This document shows, piece by piece, positions 28,115 through 38,125 of a stretch of DNA of 64,000 nucleotides. The number at the start of each line of letters is the position of its first letter. The first letter of the stretch is position 1. The translations under genes and the position numbers were made by a program. Location: positions 161,922 to 225,921 of the forward strand of contig CAVQIV010000021.1 of the NCBI GenBank assembly GCA_963712665.1, read 5' to 3'. The DNA is from Thermoanaerobaculaceae bacterium. Lineage in GTDB: Bacteria > Acidobacteriota > Thermoanaerobaculia > Multivoradales > UBA5704. The notes beneath the pieces are model-generated. The model saw only the letters and a program-made list of their open reading frames with translations. It was not told where the DNA came from and searched no databases.

Positions 28115-29488
28115 ATGATGAGCCAACTCTTGGCCCGAGTACGCACGTTGATCGCTCGTGCGTACGAGAAGCTCACCCGAGGGGTGGGATCGAGGGGGAA
28201 TGGAGCAGCACTGTTCGAGCTCTCTTCTCACCCCAACGGCTTTCTACGGGAAAAAGCCGTCAGACGGCTCAGACTCGTCTCCAATGGAAGTGAGCTTCCT
28301 TACCTTCTCCTGCGTCTCAACGATTGGGTTCCCGAGGTGCGGGAGGCGGCTCGTGCTGCCGTCCTCGAACGCGTCAAGGCCGACTACTTCAACCACTTCG
28401 TGAGGAATCTGGCTCTGGTCGTTCGCCTGCGGCAGGCGAGACGAGCCGACCATCACGACGTCTTGGAGCGGATCTCGCAGCTTCTTTCGAGCCCAGCCGC
28501 CCGCGTGGCGATGCTCGCCGAGATGAACGGCGGCTCCAGGGAAGTCCGGCGGGAAAGCTTTCGCATCCTCGTTGCTGGCAAGGTCGCCGAGCTGCCGCAG
28601 ATTCTACTTGCAACTTTGGAGGTAGAGGATCCAGTGATCAGGCTCTGGAGCGCTCGCGCGATGGCGACCGCTCTATCCCGGGAGCAGCTCGTCACGGTGC
28701 TTCCCAAGCTGTCCGCCGATCCCTCCGCGCCGGTCCGCCGGGAAGCCCTGCAGATCTGGGTGACCTCGTTTCCCGAGCAAGCCGGCGGAAAACTGACCGC
28801 CGCTCTGCTGGACCACAACCCTTCGGTGCGAAGCCTGGCGCGCTTCCATCTTCGGAAACAGGAGGATCTCGATATCGTCCGGTTCTACCGGGACGCCCTG
28901 GAGACTCCGCGCACTGATCTTCTCGTCGCGTCGATCCGGGGCCTCGCCGAGACGGGGGCGCGAGCTGACGCCGAAAGTCTGCTTCCCTACCTGTCGCATC
29001 CGATCGCAAAGGTCCGGAAAATCGCGATCAAGTGCCTCATCATGCTCGGCAACGCCCAGTACCTGGACTCATTACTGGACAGGGTGCTGGATACTTCTCC
29101 GGGCGTGTCGACTCAGGCTAGGCAAGTCGCGCAGCCGTACGCGGCGATCCTGGGAGCCCCACGGTTGTGGGATCTGTTCAAAGGGACCACTTCGGCGCAT
29201 GCACGCAAGAATCTGCTTCATCTCCTGACCGCCCTTCCAAAATGGGACAGCGTCGTCTACCTCCTGCGAGCCGTGAGCGAGGGGGACGAAGTCACGGCAG
29301 AGCAGGCGCGAGACCACCTGCTGCGCTGGGTCTCCCTGTACAACCGGAACCAAACGGCTCCGTCGAAAATGCAATTGGAGCAGCTCAAGACAGCGCTGTC
29401 GGAGGCGCAAGACGGACTCGATGTGCCAGCCGCGAAGTCAATTCGCTTCACGATCCAATTCGCGCTCCATTTCTTTACCGGGAGTTGA
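28115..29488 (+). CDS. HEAT/PBS-lyase-like repeat protein, function unknown
   Basis: 457 aa of repeated '...P.VR..A...L' helical units. G+C is lower than the surroundings (~57% in a hand-counted line). Confidence 0.65.
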   Translation: MMSQLLARVRTLIARAYEKLTRGVGSRGNGAALFELSSHPNGFLREKAVRRLRLVSNGSELPYLLLRLNDWVPEVREAARAAVLERVKADYFNHFVRNLALVVRLRQARRADHHDVLERISQLLSSPAARVAMLAEMNGGSREVRRESFRILVAGKVAELPQILLATLEVEDPVIRLWSARAMATALSREQLVTVLPKLSADPSAPVRREALQIWVTSFPEQAGGKLTAALLDHNPSVRSLARFHLRKQEDLDIVRFYRDALETPRTDLLVASIRGLAETGARADAESLLPYLSHPIAKVRKIAIKCLIMLGNAQYLDSLLDRVLDTSPGVSTQARQVAQPYAAILGAPRLWDLFKGTTSAHARKNLLHLLTALPKWDSVVYLLRAVSEGDEVTAEQARDHLLRWVSLYNRNQTAPSKMQLEQLKTALSEAQDGLDVPAAKSIRFTIQFALHFFTGS

Positions 29489-29549
29489 TCGAGAAAAGGG
29501 CGCCACCCCGCCCCGTTTCAGGACAGGGTGGTCCGTTCTCGTCAGGCGA

Positions 29550-29828
29550 CTAGGAAACTGGCGGGCACCAGATGCAAACCGGCACCGGCTCGCAGGTGAA
29601 GAAGGGGCTGGTGACTCCCCAGTCGATCGAAGCGCCGCAGCAGTCCACGCCGCGCTGCCCTACCACCTGGGAATGAGATTCGTCGCTGAAGTAGGTGCAG
29701 TCCTGGTTCTTGATGGCGGCGGCGTCCGCCGGCCGCGGCGCGGTCGCCAACACGGTGAGAGCCAGGGCGCAGGTCAGGCCGAGGGCGACGATGAGCTTGC
29801 GCGGGGCCGAGAGGGTCTTTTCGGTCAT
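29550..29828 (-). CDS. Small secreted cysteine-rich protein (92 aa)
   Basis: Signal peptide 'LIVALGLTCALALTVLATAPRPADA'. The mature part has 7 Cys (CTYFSD...GVDCCGASIDWG...FFTCEPVPVCIWCPP). An AAGGAG RBS is present. Confidence 0.6.
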   Translation of the reverse strand: MTEKTLSAPRKLIVALGLTCALALTVLATAPRPADAAAIKNQDCTYFSDESHSQVVGQRGVDCCGASIDWGVTSPFFTCEPVPVCIWCPPVS

Positions 29829-29994
29829 GGTGTGGGATCTCCTTCAGTGCGAGCGGAACAGAACTGTTTCGACTCGGTCTATTAACGCAGGTGCGCGAGA
29901 GATCCCCTCACGACCCGCCTCGAGGAGGCGATAGGATAGAGCTGGCTTTACGCGCAATTTCCTGATTTGGAGTTGGTCTTTCATCGTTTGGGGC

Positions 29995-30235
29995 TCATCT
30001 TCCGCCGGATGGAGCTCGTTTTTTGAAATTTGAATTCCATCCGCCGCCGTTTGGGTTCCATCTTTTGCCGCTTGGATTCCATCTCCGGACGTTTGGACTC
30101 CATCCGCCGGCGTTTGGGGTCCATCTTCCGCGGTTTGAACTCCATCTTCCGAAAGTCGGCTCCAACCGCCGGCGGCTGAAGTCCAACCGGCAGCGGTTGA
30201 GGTCCAACCGTTGCCGGCTGTGACCCAACCGTCGT
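29995..30235. repeat. Array 2: about eleven tandem 20-21-nt degenerate palindromic units
   Basis: 'tcca' unit starts are at 30036, 30057, 30078, 30099, 30120, 30141, 30161, 30182 and 30203. Examples: tccatccgccgccgtttgggt / tccatccgccggcgtttgggg / tccaaccgccggcggctgaag / tccaaccggcagcggttgagg. Track ORFs on both strands here are repeat artefacts. Confidence 0.8.
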
Positions 30236-30320
30236 CCTAGGGACTCGAAGCCGACGATGCGCGGGTCCTTTCGCGCTCAGATGCGGCCCAGCGGCGGGGT
30301 GCTGTCCTGATCATCGGATG

Positions 30321-31013
30321 TCAGCCTTCCCGGTGCTCCAACCGATAACGCCAAGTCCCCAACCCCGGCCGGCGATGGCGGACGAGGTGGAAAGCATGCC
30401 CGAGGATCGGGGAACGGGTCCACCCGTCGGCGTCGGGTGCGACGGGCTCGTACTGGCCGTCGCGGAGGGTGAAGATGTCGAACCGGAGGTCCTCACCGCG
30501 GGCATCGACGAGCCACAGCTCGGGGACGCCGGTCTTGGCGTAGAGGAGGGGGAGACGGGAGGTGTCCTTCTTCACCGAGCTGTCGCTGACGATTTCGACC
30601 ACTAGGTCAGCGGGCCCCTCGAGGGCGACGAAGCGGTCGGGTTTTCTCCGGGACGGAACTGGGCGAACCTTCCCCTGGCGAAGCGAGTCGAGCAGCACCA
30701 TCACCAGGTCCGGTTCGACGGAGAGCCCGGCGAACCGGGAGATGTTTCGCGTGCGGTCGATGTGGAGCTCTCCAAAATCCGGATCGACGACAAGCTTCAT
30801 CAGCGTCGAAGCAATGGCCGTCTTGGGAGCGGAGTGGGTGTACAGATCCTCTGGGCTCATGTCGACGTCAACGGTCCCCTCCAGATAGTCGATGCGCCCG
30901 TTCTCCGGAAAGTCGTCGGACTCCACCCAGCGCTGGAATCCCTCGAAGGTGAAGGCGTCGTCGGGAATCTGGAGCTCGTCTTCTTCGACGATGAATTTGT
31001 GTCTGTGGCTCAT
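30321..31013 (-). CDS. Uma2-family (DUF820) endonuclease
   Basis: Starts at MSHRHKFIVEEDELQIPDDAFTFEGFQRWVESDDFPENGRIDYLEGTVDVDMSPE... and continues ...PDLVVEIVSDSSVKKDTSRLPLLYAKTGVPELWLVD. This is the typical Uma2 PD-(D/E)xK core. Confidence 0.85.
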   Translation of the reverse strand: MSHRHKFIVEEDELQIPDDAFTFEGFQRWVESDDFPENGRIDYLEGTVDVDMSPEDLYTHSAPKTAIASTLMKLVVDPDFGELHIDRTRNISRFAGLSVEPDLVMVLLDSLRQGKVRPVPSRRKPDRFVALEGPADLVVEIVSDSSVKKDTSRLPLLYAKTGVPELWLVDARGEDLRFDIFTLRDGQYEPVAPDADGWTRSPILGHAFHLVRHRRPGLGTWRYRLEHREG

Positions 31014-31081
31014 GGACTTTTCTCTCCTGGAGAGTACACCACCCGCCTGGCTCTGCCAAGCCCCTCCCCAGAAGGATACTC

Positions 31082-33501
31082 CTACCGCCGCAGGCTCAGC
31101 GCCCGGAAAAACTCCTCCGCCACCTCCGAGGGGTTTCCCACCAGCGCCCCCGCTCCTTCCTCGGGAAGCCAGTCGGCGGGGAGGTAGTGGCGGTAGGGGG
31201 CGTGGAGGAAGCGCTGATCGAAGAGGGCGATGACGCCGGTGTCGTGCGGCGATCGGATCAGACGGCCGGCGGCCTGGACGACGCGGGTCATGCCCGGCAC
31301 TACGAAGGAGTATTCGAAGCCGCGTTCGAAGCGCTCTTCGTAATAATCCTTGAGGAGCTGCTGCTCCAGGCTCAGCCCCGGCAGGCAGGGTCCCACCACA
31401 GCCACGGCCTTCAGCACCTCGCCGGGGTAGTCCACCCCTTCGGCGAAGACGCCGCCGGCCACGGCCACCAGGAGGATGTCGCCGAAGATGGCCGAGCGCA
31501 GGGCCTGGAGGAGGAGGTCCCGCTCCTGCTCGCTGTCCGCCTGGCGCTGGATGAGGATCCGCTTGTTGCGCAGGCGCATGCGGCCCGTGATCTCGGAGAG
31601 GAAGGCGTAGCTGGGGAAGAGGGCCAGGCAGTTGCCGGGCACCGAGTCCGCGAAGCCCGCGAGACGCTCGGCGATGCGCTCGTAGTTCATGGGCCGCTCG
31701 CGGTAGGTGGTGGCCACCGAGGGATCGATCACCACCCGCCGGTTCTCCTGCGGGAAGGGGTTGGCGATCTCCACGAAGGCCGTGCGGCCGGTCTCGAAGC
31801 CCAGGAGACCGGTGTAGAACTCGGGCGGCGACAGGGTGGCCGAGAGGCCGATGGCGGCGTGGGCGCGGTTGATCACACCGCCCAGGAAGCGGCTGGGATC
31901 TTTGCAGAGGATCTTGATCCGCCCGTCCCCCTTGCGGTATTCGACGACGTGGCTGAAGGCGGCGTCGGAGACCATGAGGCCGTTCAGGAAGCGGAGGAAG
32001 TTGAAGTAGAGCTCGACGAAGGGATCGTCGGCGCGGAAGGTGCGGGTCTCGCGCTGGTGCTCCAGATAATCGACGAAGGCGGCGTCGAGCTCGGAGCGCA
32101 GGCGCCAGAAGCGGGACTCGGGGAGGGGCCACTCGACCGCCCGGTCGCCCGGCGGGCCTTCCTCCAGAGCGTCTGCCACGAGGCCGTCGATCAAGGCCGC
32201 GAGCTTCAGGCACAGAGTCTCGATGTGGTAGTGGACGGGCTCGCCCCAACGGCCCACGACCTCGCCGGCCCGGCGCGCATCCTGCGAGGAGAGCTCCGGG
32301 CTGTAGTAGCCCCGGCCGCGGCTCACGAGGTTGTGGACCTCGTCGATGACGAGGATGACGTCCGAGAGGTCCTCGCCGGGGCCGAAGGCGGTGAGCGAGA
32401 CGTAGGGATCGAAGACGTAGTTGTAGTCGCAGATCGTGACCTGGACCCGGTTCGACAGCTCGAGGCTCACCTCGAAGGGGCAGACCTCGGCCGCCTGGGC
32501 GGCGCGGTAGACGTCGTCCGGCTCGATGGCGGCGTGGGCGTCGTAGATCTGGGCGAGGACGCCGGAGGTGACGAGCTTCAAGCCGTAGTCTTTGGCGAAG
32601 CGGCAGTACTCCTCGTGGCAGAGGATCTGATCGTTGGCGCACATCTTGGCCTTGGCCCTGAGGCGCAGGGAGCGGAAGGAGCCGTCCTGATTGAGGAGGT
32701 TCAGGACGGCGGTGGCCATCTCCTGCTGGGTGTTCTTGGCGGTCAAGACGTAGAGGCGCTTGTCGTTCGCGAGGGCGTAGCGCAGGGCGGGGTAGAGGGC
32801 GGCGACCGTCTTGCCGATGCCGGTCGTGGCCTGGAGGAGGAGGTGCTCGCGATTGGCGATCGCGGTCTCGACCGCGGCGAGGATCAGCTCCTGGCCGGGC
32901 CGGGTCTCGCGATAGGGGAAGACGAGACGCTCAGCAGCCGCCCGGCGCTCGGCCGCGCGCTGGCGGGCCGCCTCCCAGCCATTGATGATGCCGTTGACCC
33001 GTCGGCGGACGGAGGCCTCCAGGGCCTCGAAGTTGGGCTCCAGGCCCTCGCGTTCGGTTTCGTCGCTGCCGATGGCGATGAGCACCAGCTCGGCGCGGAC
33101 GGGCGCTGCTTCAGCCCGGGAGAGCATCCACGCGTAGAGGAGAGCCTGGCGCTGGTAGCTCTCCCGGACGTGGGGGGGAGGGCGCCGCCGCGGCGGACGG
33201 ATTTGATCTCTTCGATCACCAGCGTGCCATCCGGCTCCTTGCGGATGCCGTCCGCCCGGCCCTGGACGGTGACCTTCCATCCCCGGTGATCGAATCTGTA
33301 GGTGACCACAACCTCCCGCCGATACGACGGGTCCTCCTCCAGCCGCTGCTCCTGATACCGTCCATGAATGGCCTGCCCCAGCCACAGCCGCTCATAGCCG
33401 CCGCGGCTGGAAAACCCCAGGCTGCGCAGCAAAGGAGCGTCCAGCAGGTCGGCGACGGAGAGGTCGAGGGTGAGGTTCTCAGGATCGAAGCGCGGCGCCA
33501 T
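31082..33501 (-). CDS. RecB/Cas4-like PD-(D/E)xK nuclease fused to an XPD/DinG-family Fe-S DNA helicase; one frame change in a C7 run
   Basis: The N-terminus (track ORF 32884..33642, true start MAPRFDPENLTL at 33501) contains 'LVIEEIKS'. After the homopolymer at 33172-33178 the frame switches to 'PHVRESYQRQALLYAWML' (QxxxY). The helicase part has 'LLQATTGIGKT', Fe-S cysteines 'KMCANDQILCHEEYCRF...EVCPFE' and 'VIDEVHNL'. Confidence 0.8.
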
Positions 33502-33551
33502 CAGAGGGAGAGTATACGGCGCATTACCGCGCTGGGGATTACAATACTCCC

Positions 33552-35213
33552 ATGCCCTCCCAAGACGGCCGCACCTCGCTCCCTTGTCGTCTCCTCCTCG
33601 CCCTCCTCGTCCTGGCCTCCACCCAGGCTCTGGCGCAGTCACCGCCGACCCAATGGGATCACGATTGGGCGCGGGGAGCCGTCTTCTACGAGGTCTTCGT
33701 CCGCAGCTTCGCGGATTCGAACGCCGACGGCATCGGCGATTTCCGGGGGCTGACGGCCAAGCTGGACTACCTGAACGACGGCGATCCCAAGACCGATTCC
33801 GATCTCGGGGTGGACGCCCTTTGGCTGATGCCCGTCTTCCTCTCCCCGAGCTACCACGGCTACGACACCATCGACTACGAGACCATCGAGCCCGGCTACG
33901 GCACCGGCCAGGACTTCGACCATTTCATCGCCGAGGCCCACCGCCGGGGGATCAAGGTGATCCTCGACCTCGTCGTCAACCACACCAGCAGCCAGCACCC
34001 GTGGTTCGTGGACTCCGCCTCCTCACCGAAATCCGCCCACCGCAACTGGTACGTCTGGCGCAGCGACGATCCCGGCTGGACCCAACCTTTCGGCGACAGC
34101 CGCGGCGGCCCCACCTGGCACCTCAACGACAAGGACGGCCAGTATTTCTACGGCATCTTCTGGAGCGGCATGCCGGACCTCAACTACGACAAGCCCGCCG
34201 TACGCGAAGAGATGAAGCGCATCGCCACCCACTGGCTCGCCAAAGGCGTGGATGGCTTCCGCCTCGACGCCACCCGCCACCTCTTCGCCAGCGGTCCCGG
34301 CGAGCAGCAGAACAACCAGCCCAAGACCCACGCCTACTTGAAGGAGCTCTCAGCCGCCGTGCGCAAGGCCAAGCCCCAGGCCGTGATGGTGGGGGAAAAC
34401 TGGGTGGACACCGAGGAATTGATCGCTCCCTACTTCGGCTCCACCGCCGAGGTGGCCGGGGGCGACGAGCTGCCCATGAACTTCGACTTCCCTCTGTCCA
34501 AGGAGATCCTGGACGCTCTCAGCGCCGGGGATGCCGCGAGCCTCGGCGCCCGGCTCGAAGAGGTGAACGAGGTCTATCCGCACGAGGTGATCGACACCCC
34601 CTTTCTCACCAACCACGACCAGACGCGCCTCGCCACCCAGCTCGGCAACGAGTCCTCGAAGCAGCGGCTTGCCGCCGCCATCCTCCTCACCCTTCCCGGC
34701 GCCCCCTTCCTCTATTACGGCGAGGAGCTGGGTCTCCAGAATGGACCTGGCGGTCAGGACCCGTTCAAGCGCACCCCCATGCCGTGGGATTCAACCCCTG
34801 GCGCTGGCTTCACCACGGCTCCCAAGCCCTGGTTCGATTTCGCCCCGGGCCGCGAGACCGCCAACGTGGCCGCGGAGACGGGCGACCTCGGCTCCCTCCT
34901 CTCCCACTACCGTCGCCTGATCCACCTCCGGCACTCTTCGCCGGCCCTGGTGAAAGGGACCCTGACCGTCCTTTCCCCGACGCGCTCCAGCACCCCGGTC
35001 CTCGCCTTCCTCCGCGAGACCGGCGGCGAGCGCGTGCTAGTCCTCCACAATGTGGGCACGGCGGAGATCGAGGCCGGACCCTACGATCTCAAGGCCGGCT
35101 CGGCCGAGCGCCTCTTCGGTCCCGAAGCCCAGCCTATGAAGGGGGCCGAGGGATGGGCCTTCTACCTCCCGGCCAGGGCCAGCGGAGTTTGGCGGCTGAA
35201 GCCCGGCTCCTGA
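33552..35213 (+). CDS. Secreted GH13 alpha-amylase-family glycoside hydrolase
   Basis: Signal peptide, then 'GAVFYEVFVRSFADSNADGIGDFRGL', 'GIKVILDLVVNHTS', '[12 protein letters not shown]', 'MVGENW' and 'FLTNHDQ' (GH13 regions I-IV). Confidence 0.9.
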   Translation: MPSQDGRTSLPCRLLLALLVLASTQALAQSPPTQWDHDWARGAVFYEVFVRSFADSNADGIGDFRGLTAKLDYLNDGDPKTDSDLGVDALWLMPVFLSPSYHGYDTIDYETIEPGYGTGQDFDHFIAEAHRRGIKVILDLVVNHTSSQHPWFVDSASSPKSAHRNWYVWRSDDPGWTQPFGDSRGGPTWHLNDKDGQYFYGIFWSGMPDLNYDKPAVREEMKRIATHWLAKGVDGFRLDATRHLFASGPGEQQNNQPKTHAYLKELSAAVRKAKPQAVMVGENWVDTEELIAPYFGSTAEVAGGDELPMNFDFPLSKEILDALSAGDAASLGARLEEVNEVYPHEVIDTPFLTNHDQTRLATQLGNESSKQRLAAAILLTLPGAPFLYYGEELGLQNGPGGQDPFKRTPMPWDSTPGAGFTTAPKPWFDFAPGRETANVAAETGDLGSLLSHYRRLIHLRHSSPALVKGTLTVLSPTRSSTPVLAFLRETGGERVLVLHNVGTAEIEAGPYDLKAGSAERLFGPEAQPMKGAEGWAFYLPARASGVWRLKPGS

Positions 35214-37111
35214 GAGACGGTCGGCAGCAAGGGCAAAAGGGACCACCGCCACAATTGCAGCCGGAATCTCGTGGGATCGGCCTGCGCCGAGCCCGGAATC
35301 CGGATCTCCACACCCGGGGTATACCGGAAGCGCGGCGTCAGGAAGCGGATCACCCGGTTATGGTTGCCGCCGTAGAGGAGAGGGAGGCTCTGGTTTCCCG
35401 GCTGCAACTGGAGGGCGGTCGTGGGGATCTCGACAGGCCACAGGATCTCGATCGAGAGGATGTCGCCCGTTGCAAGGGCGGCCGGCAACGAAGCCACCAG
35501 GTCTCCCGGCGGGGTGCCGGTGGGCTGGAGATCGAGGGGGACGGTATCGCCGGCCTGTGTCCAGGGGTGGAGGAGAACGAGGAGCGGCGTGCCGCGATTG
35601 GTAAAAGGCTTCGCGGGGATTTCGACGGCGTTGCCCTCGGCCACCCGCCGCCGGCGATCCTGATAGAAGGCTGCCTCTGGACCCCGGGTCTGCGCGAGGG
35701 GGAAGACCTCGGCGTCCGTCAAGTCGAGCCAGGAAGGTGGAAGCGTGGCCAGGCTGGGCACCCCGGTCGTGGTGGTGCGCCGCCAGTCTTCCAGGGGTCC
35801 AACCTGTTTCACGACCAAAGACTCATAGGTTATGTGTCTTTCTCTCAGAGGAGCGAGCCGCGTGCGCAGGATCTCCTGGGCTCCGTCCCAGGTCGTGGGG
35901 ACGATTTCCGTGTAGGCGTAGTCGAAGGGCTGGGCCAGCAGCACGGAGGCGGGCACCAGGCCGGCGAGGACGATCAGCCCTGGCGCCCTTGTGAAGGCGC
36001 GCGACCGACGGAGCCACTCCCCGCAACGCACCAAGCCGTAGGCGCAGATCAGCGCCGCGCCCGCCATGGCCGGCATGAGGTTCTGCCGGCGAAAGAGGGT
36101 CATGACCATGGCATGGAGGAGGGGATAGCCGAGGAAGAGTCCCAACAGCAGGAGCGCCGCCGTCCAGTCAGTTCGCTCTCCGTTCTCCGTCTTGCGCCAG
36201 AGCTGAACGATCAACAGGCCGAGGCCCAGCAGCAGGAAGGCGCCGAGAAACCAGCCGTGCGAGGAGGCGATGAACTCGATCTCCCTACGCAGGACCGTCC
36301 AATGATCGCTCTGGTCCTGCCGTGCATGGGCTGCGTAGCCACGGACGAGCCGGGGCGCGTAGTAGAGGACGGTGGTGATGAAGGGGTTCATGGCGAAGAA
36401 CGTGACCACTGCCGTCACACCCGCGAGCACCAGCCAGCCCCAGCGGCGACGATCGTGCCATCCCGTCCACAGGGCCCAGGCCGTGAGCGGCAGGGCGGAG
36501 GCCACCCCGGTGTACTTGGCCGCCGTGGCCAGCCCGACTCCCAGGCCGGCGAGCAGGAACCGGGAGAGCCGTGGGGACCGGGTGGCGCCTGCTGTCCAGT
36601 AGAGGGTGACCACGGTGAAGAGCAGCGCCAGCATGTCGGGCTTGAGCTCGACCGAGCTTCTGAGATGCCGCGGATAGGCGGCGAGCACCGCCGCGGCAAT
36701 CACGCCCACCCAGGGCGAGAACAGGCGACGGCCCACGAGATAGGTCATCAGGATGCTCAGCACCCCGTAGGCCAGCACGAACATCCGCGTGAGCCGGTAG
36801 GCGCCGAGAGTAAGCCCCTGGAAGTCCGTGCCGTGGACCGCGAACGCGGCGATCCCCGTCCGGGAATGGAGGAAGTCGCAGAGGGACAGCACGATCGCCT
36901 GCGGCACGTACGACAGGGTTCCGTAGTAGGCGTGCCGGGGGCGCAGCGAGCCCTTGAGGAGCCCGAGGATGTTGCTGATCACGTAGTGATCGTCGAGAAA
37001 GAACGGCAGCTTCAGGCTCAGCCAGAGCCGCAGGCCGAAGGCCGTGGCCAGCACCGCGGCCAGCGCCCAGACGATCGCAGGGCGAGCGCGTTGGGATTTC
37101 TCGGAGGTCAC
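35162..37111 (-). CDS. GT-C fold glycosyltransferase (family 39/ArnT-PMT-like) membrane protein
   Basis: 649 aa with more than 10 TM helices. The first loop carries the 'FFLDDHYV' acidic motif. Its 3' end overlaps the amylase 3' end by ~50 nt (convergent). Confidence 0.75.
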   Translation of the reverse strand: MTSEKSQRARPAIVWALAAVLATAFGLRLWLSLKLPFFLDDHYVISNILGLLKGSLRPRHAYYGTLSYVPQAIVLSLCDFLHSRTGIAAFAVHGTDFQGLTLGAYRLTRMFVLAYGVLSILMTYLVGRRLFSPWVGVIAAAVLAAYPRHLRSSVELKPDMLALLFTVVTLYWTAGATRSPRLSRFLLAGLGVGLATAAKYTGVASALPLTAWALWTGWHDRRRWGWLVLAGVTAVVTFFAMNPFITTVLYYAPRLVRGYAAHARQDQSDHWTVLRREIEFIASSHGWFLGAFLLLGLGLLIVQLWRKTENGERTDWTAALLLLGLFLGYPLLHAMVMTLFRRQNLMPAMAGAALICAYGLVRCGEWLRRSRAFTRAPGLIVLAGLVPASVLLAQPFDYAYTEIVPTTWDGAQEILRTRLAPLRERHITYESLVVKQVGPLEDWRRTTTTGVPSLATLPPSWLDLTDAEVFPLAQTRGPEAAFYQDRRRRVAEGNAVEIPAKPFTNRGTPLLVLLHPWTQAGDTVPLDLQPTGTPPGDLVASLPAALATGDILSIEILWPVEIPTTALQLQPGNQSLPLLYGGNHNRVIRFLTPRFRYTPGVEIRIPGSAQADPTRFRLQLWRWSLLPLLPTVSQEPGFSRQTPLALAGR

Positions 37112-37141
37112 CCTACTGCTCAGCCGGTACCACGCCGGGGA

Positions 37142-38068
37142 TCACCACCGGCGCTTCTGATGGGCGTTGAAGTCGGAGAGGATCGTTTCCTGCTTTTTCC
37201 CCTTGGGCACGATGACGTCGATGAGCGGCGGCTGGTTGGGCGCGTTGTCGCGGCCGCCGCCGAAGCGGTCGTGCCAGCGGCCTGGAGAGACGGGGAGGAT
37301 CATCAGCGACTTCATCTTCTGCCCGGGGGAGAGCAGCGAGCGGCTCGGGTCCTGCCACTGGAGCAGGTCGGAGCCGGAGGAGGCCACGACGTAGGCCCAG
37401 TTGGCCTTGGCGGGGCCGCCCAGGAAGAGGGCCGGCACGAAGAAGCTGATCTTCTGCCCCAGGACCCGGATCTGGGTGGGGAAGAAGATCCGGCTCTCGA
37501 TGTCGAGCGGGATCTGCTTCTTCAGGGCCTCGACGTCTTCGTCCTTGAGGTCGTCGCCGCGCCGGGAATCCTCGTTCAGGGTCCTGACGAGCATCCGCTG
37601 GAGCTCCGACTTGGCTTCGTGGGGACGGGGGGTGAGGATGATGGCCTTCTCCCACGCCGTCGCTGGATCGATCTCCGCCAGCCGGCCCGGCAGCATGGTG
37701 ACGCCGCCCGAGCCCGGCACGCGGTCGGTGTCGATGTAGACGTCCAGGTTCAGATTGTAGAAGCCGTAGCGGGCCACGTCCGGGAGCTGGGTGCCGAGAT
37801 CGTCGATGGCCTGCCGCTCCGGTTTCTTCACCGCCTTGGAGAAGGTCACCTCGAAGCGGGTGCCGTCCCCCTCGTCCACGGCCGCGAAGGAGAGGACGTC
37901 CAACTGCCCCGGATCGAGATCGGAGTTGTCTGGATAGATGTAGTTGCCGTCGCCGTGGTCATCGCCCCGAGGATCGGTGAGAGTGAAGATCGGCTTCTTC
38001 GCGATGACTGCGGAGGGCACCGCGAGGAGAGCGGTGACGACGAAAGCGGCGAAATACTTGAGTCTCAT
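37142..38068 (-). CDS. Secreted Glucodextran_C-like (glucodextranase C-terminal binding module) protein
   Basis: I prefer the ATG at 38068 (MRLKYFAAFVVTALLAVPSAVIA; GGAG RBS). It carries the 'DPRGDDHGDGNYIYP' hallmark. Confidence 0.65.
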   Translation of the reverse strand: MRLKYFAAFVVTALLAVPSAVIAKKPIFTLTDPRGDDHGDGNYIYPDNSDLDPGQLDVLSFAAVDEGDGTRFEVTFSKAVKKPERQAIDDLGTQLPDVARYGFYNLNLDVYIDTDRVPGSGGVTMLPGRLAEIDPATAWEKAIILTPRPHEAKSELQRMLVRTLNEDSRRGDDLKDEDVEALKKQIPLDIESRIFFPTQIRVLGQKISFFVPALFLGGPAKANWAYVVASSGSDLLQWQDPSRSLLSPGQKMKSLMILPVSPGRWHDRFGGGRDNAPNQPPLIDVIVPKGKKQETILSDFNAHQKRRW

Positions 38069-38125
38069 GAACGTCTCCAAAGAAAAAAGCCGGGCGGCAG
38101 GGTCGCCCCCGCCGCCCTTTCTACA

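Noticed and set aside
29995-30235. CRISPR array hypothesis for the phased repeat arrays (also 4641-4871 and 57422-57600)
   Set aside because: The units abut one another with no unique spacers. They are only 20-21 nt long and degenerate. No cas genes or leader are present.
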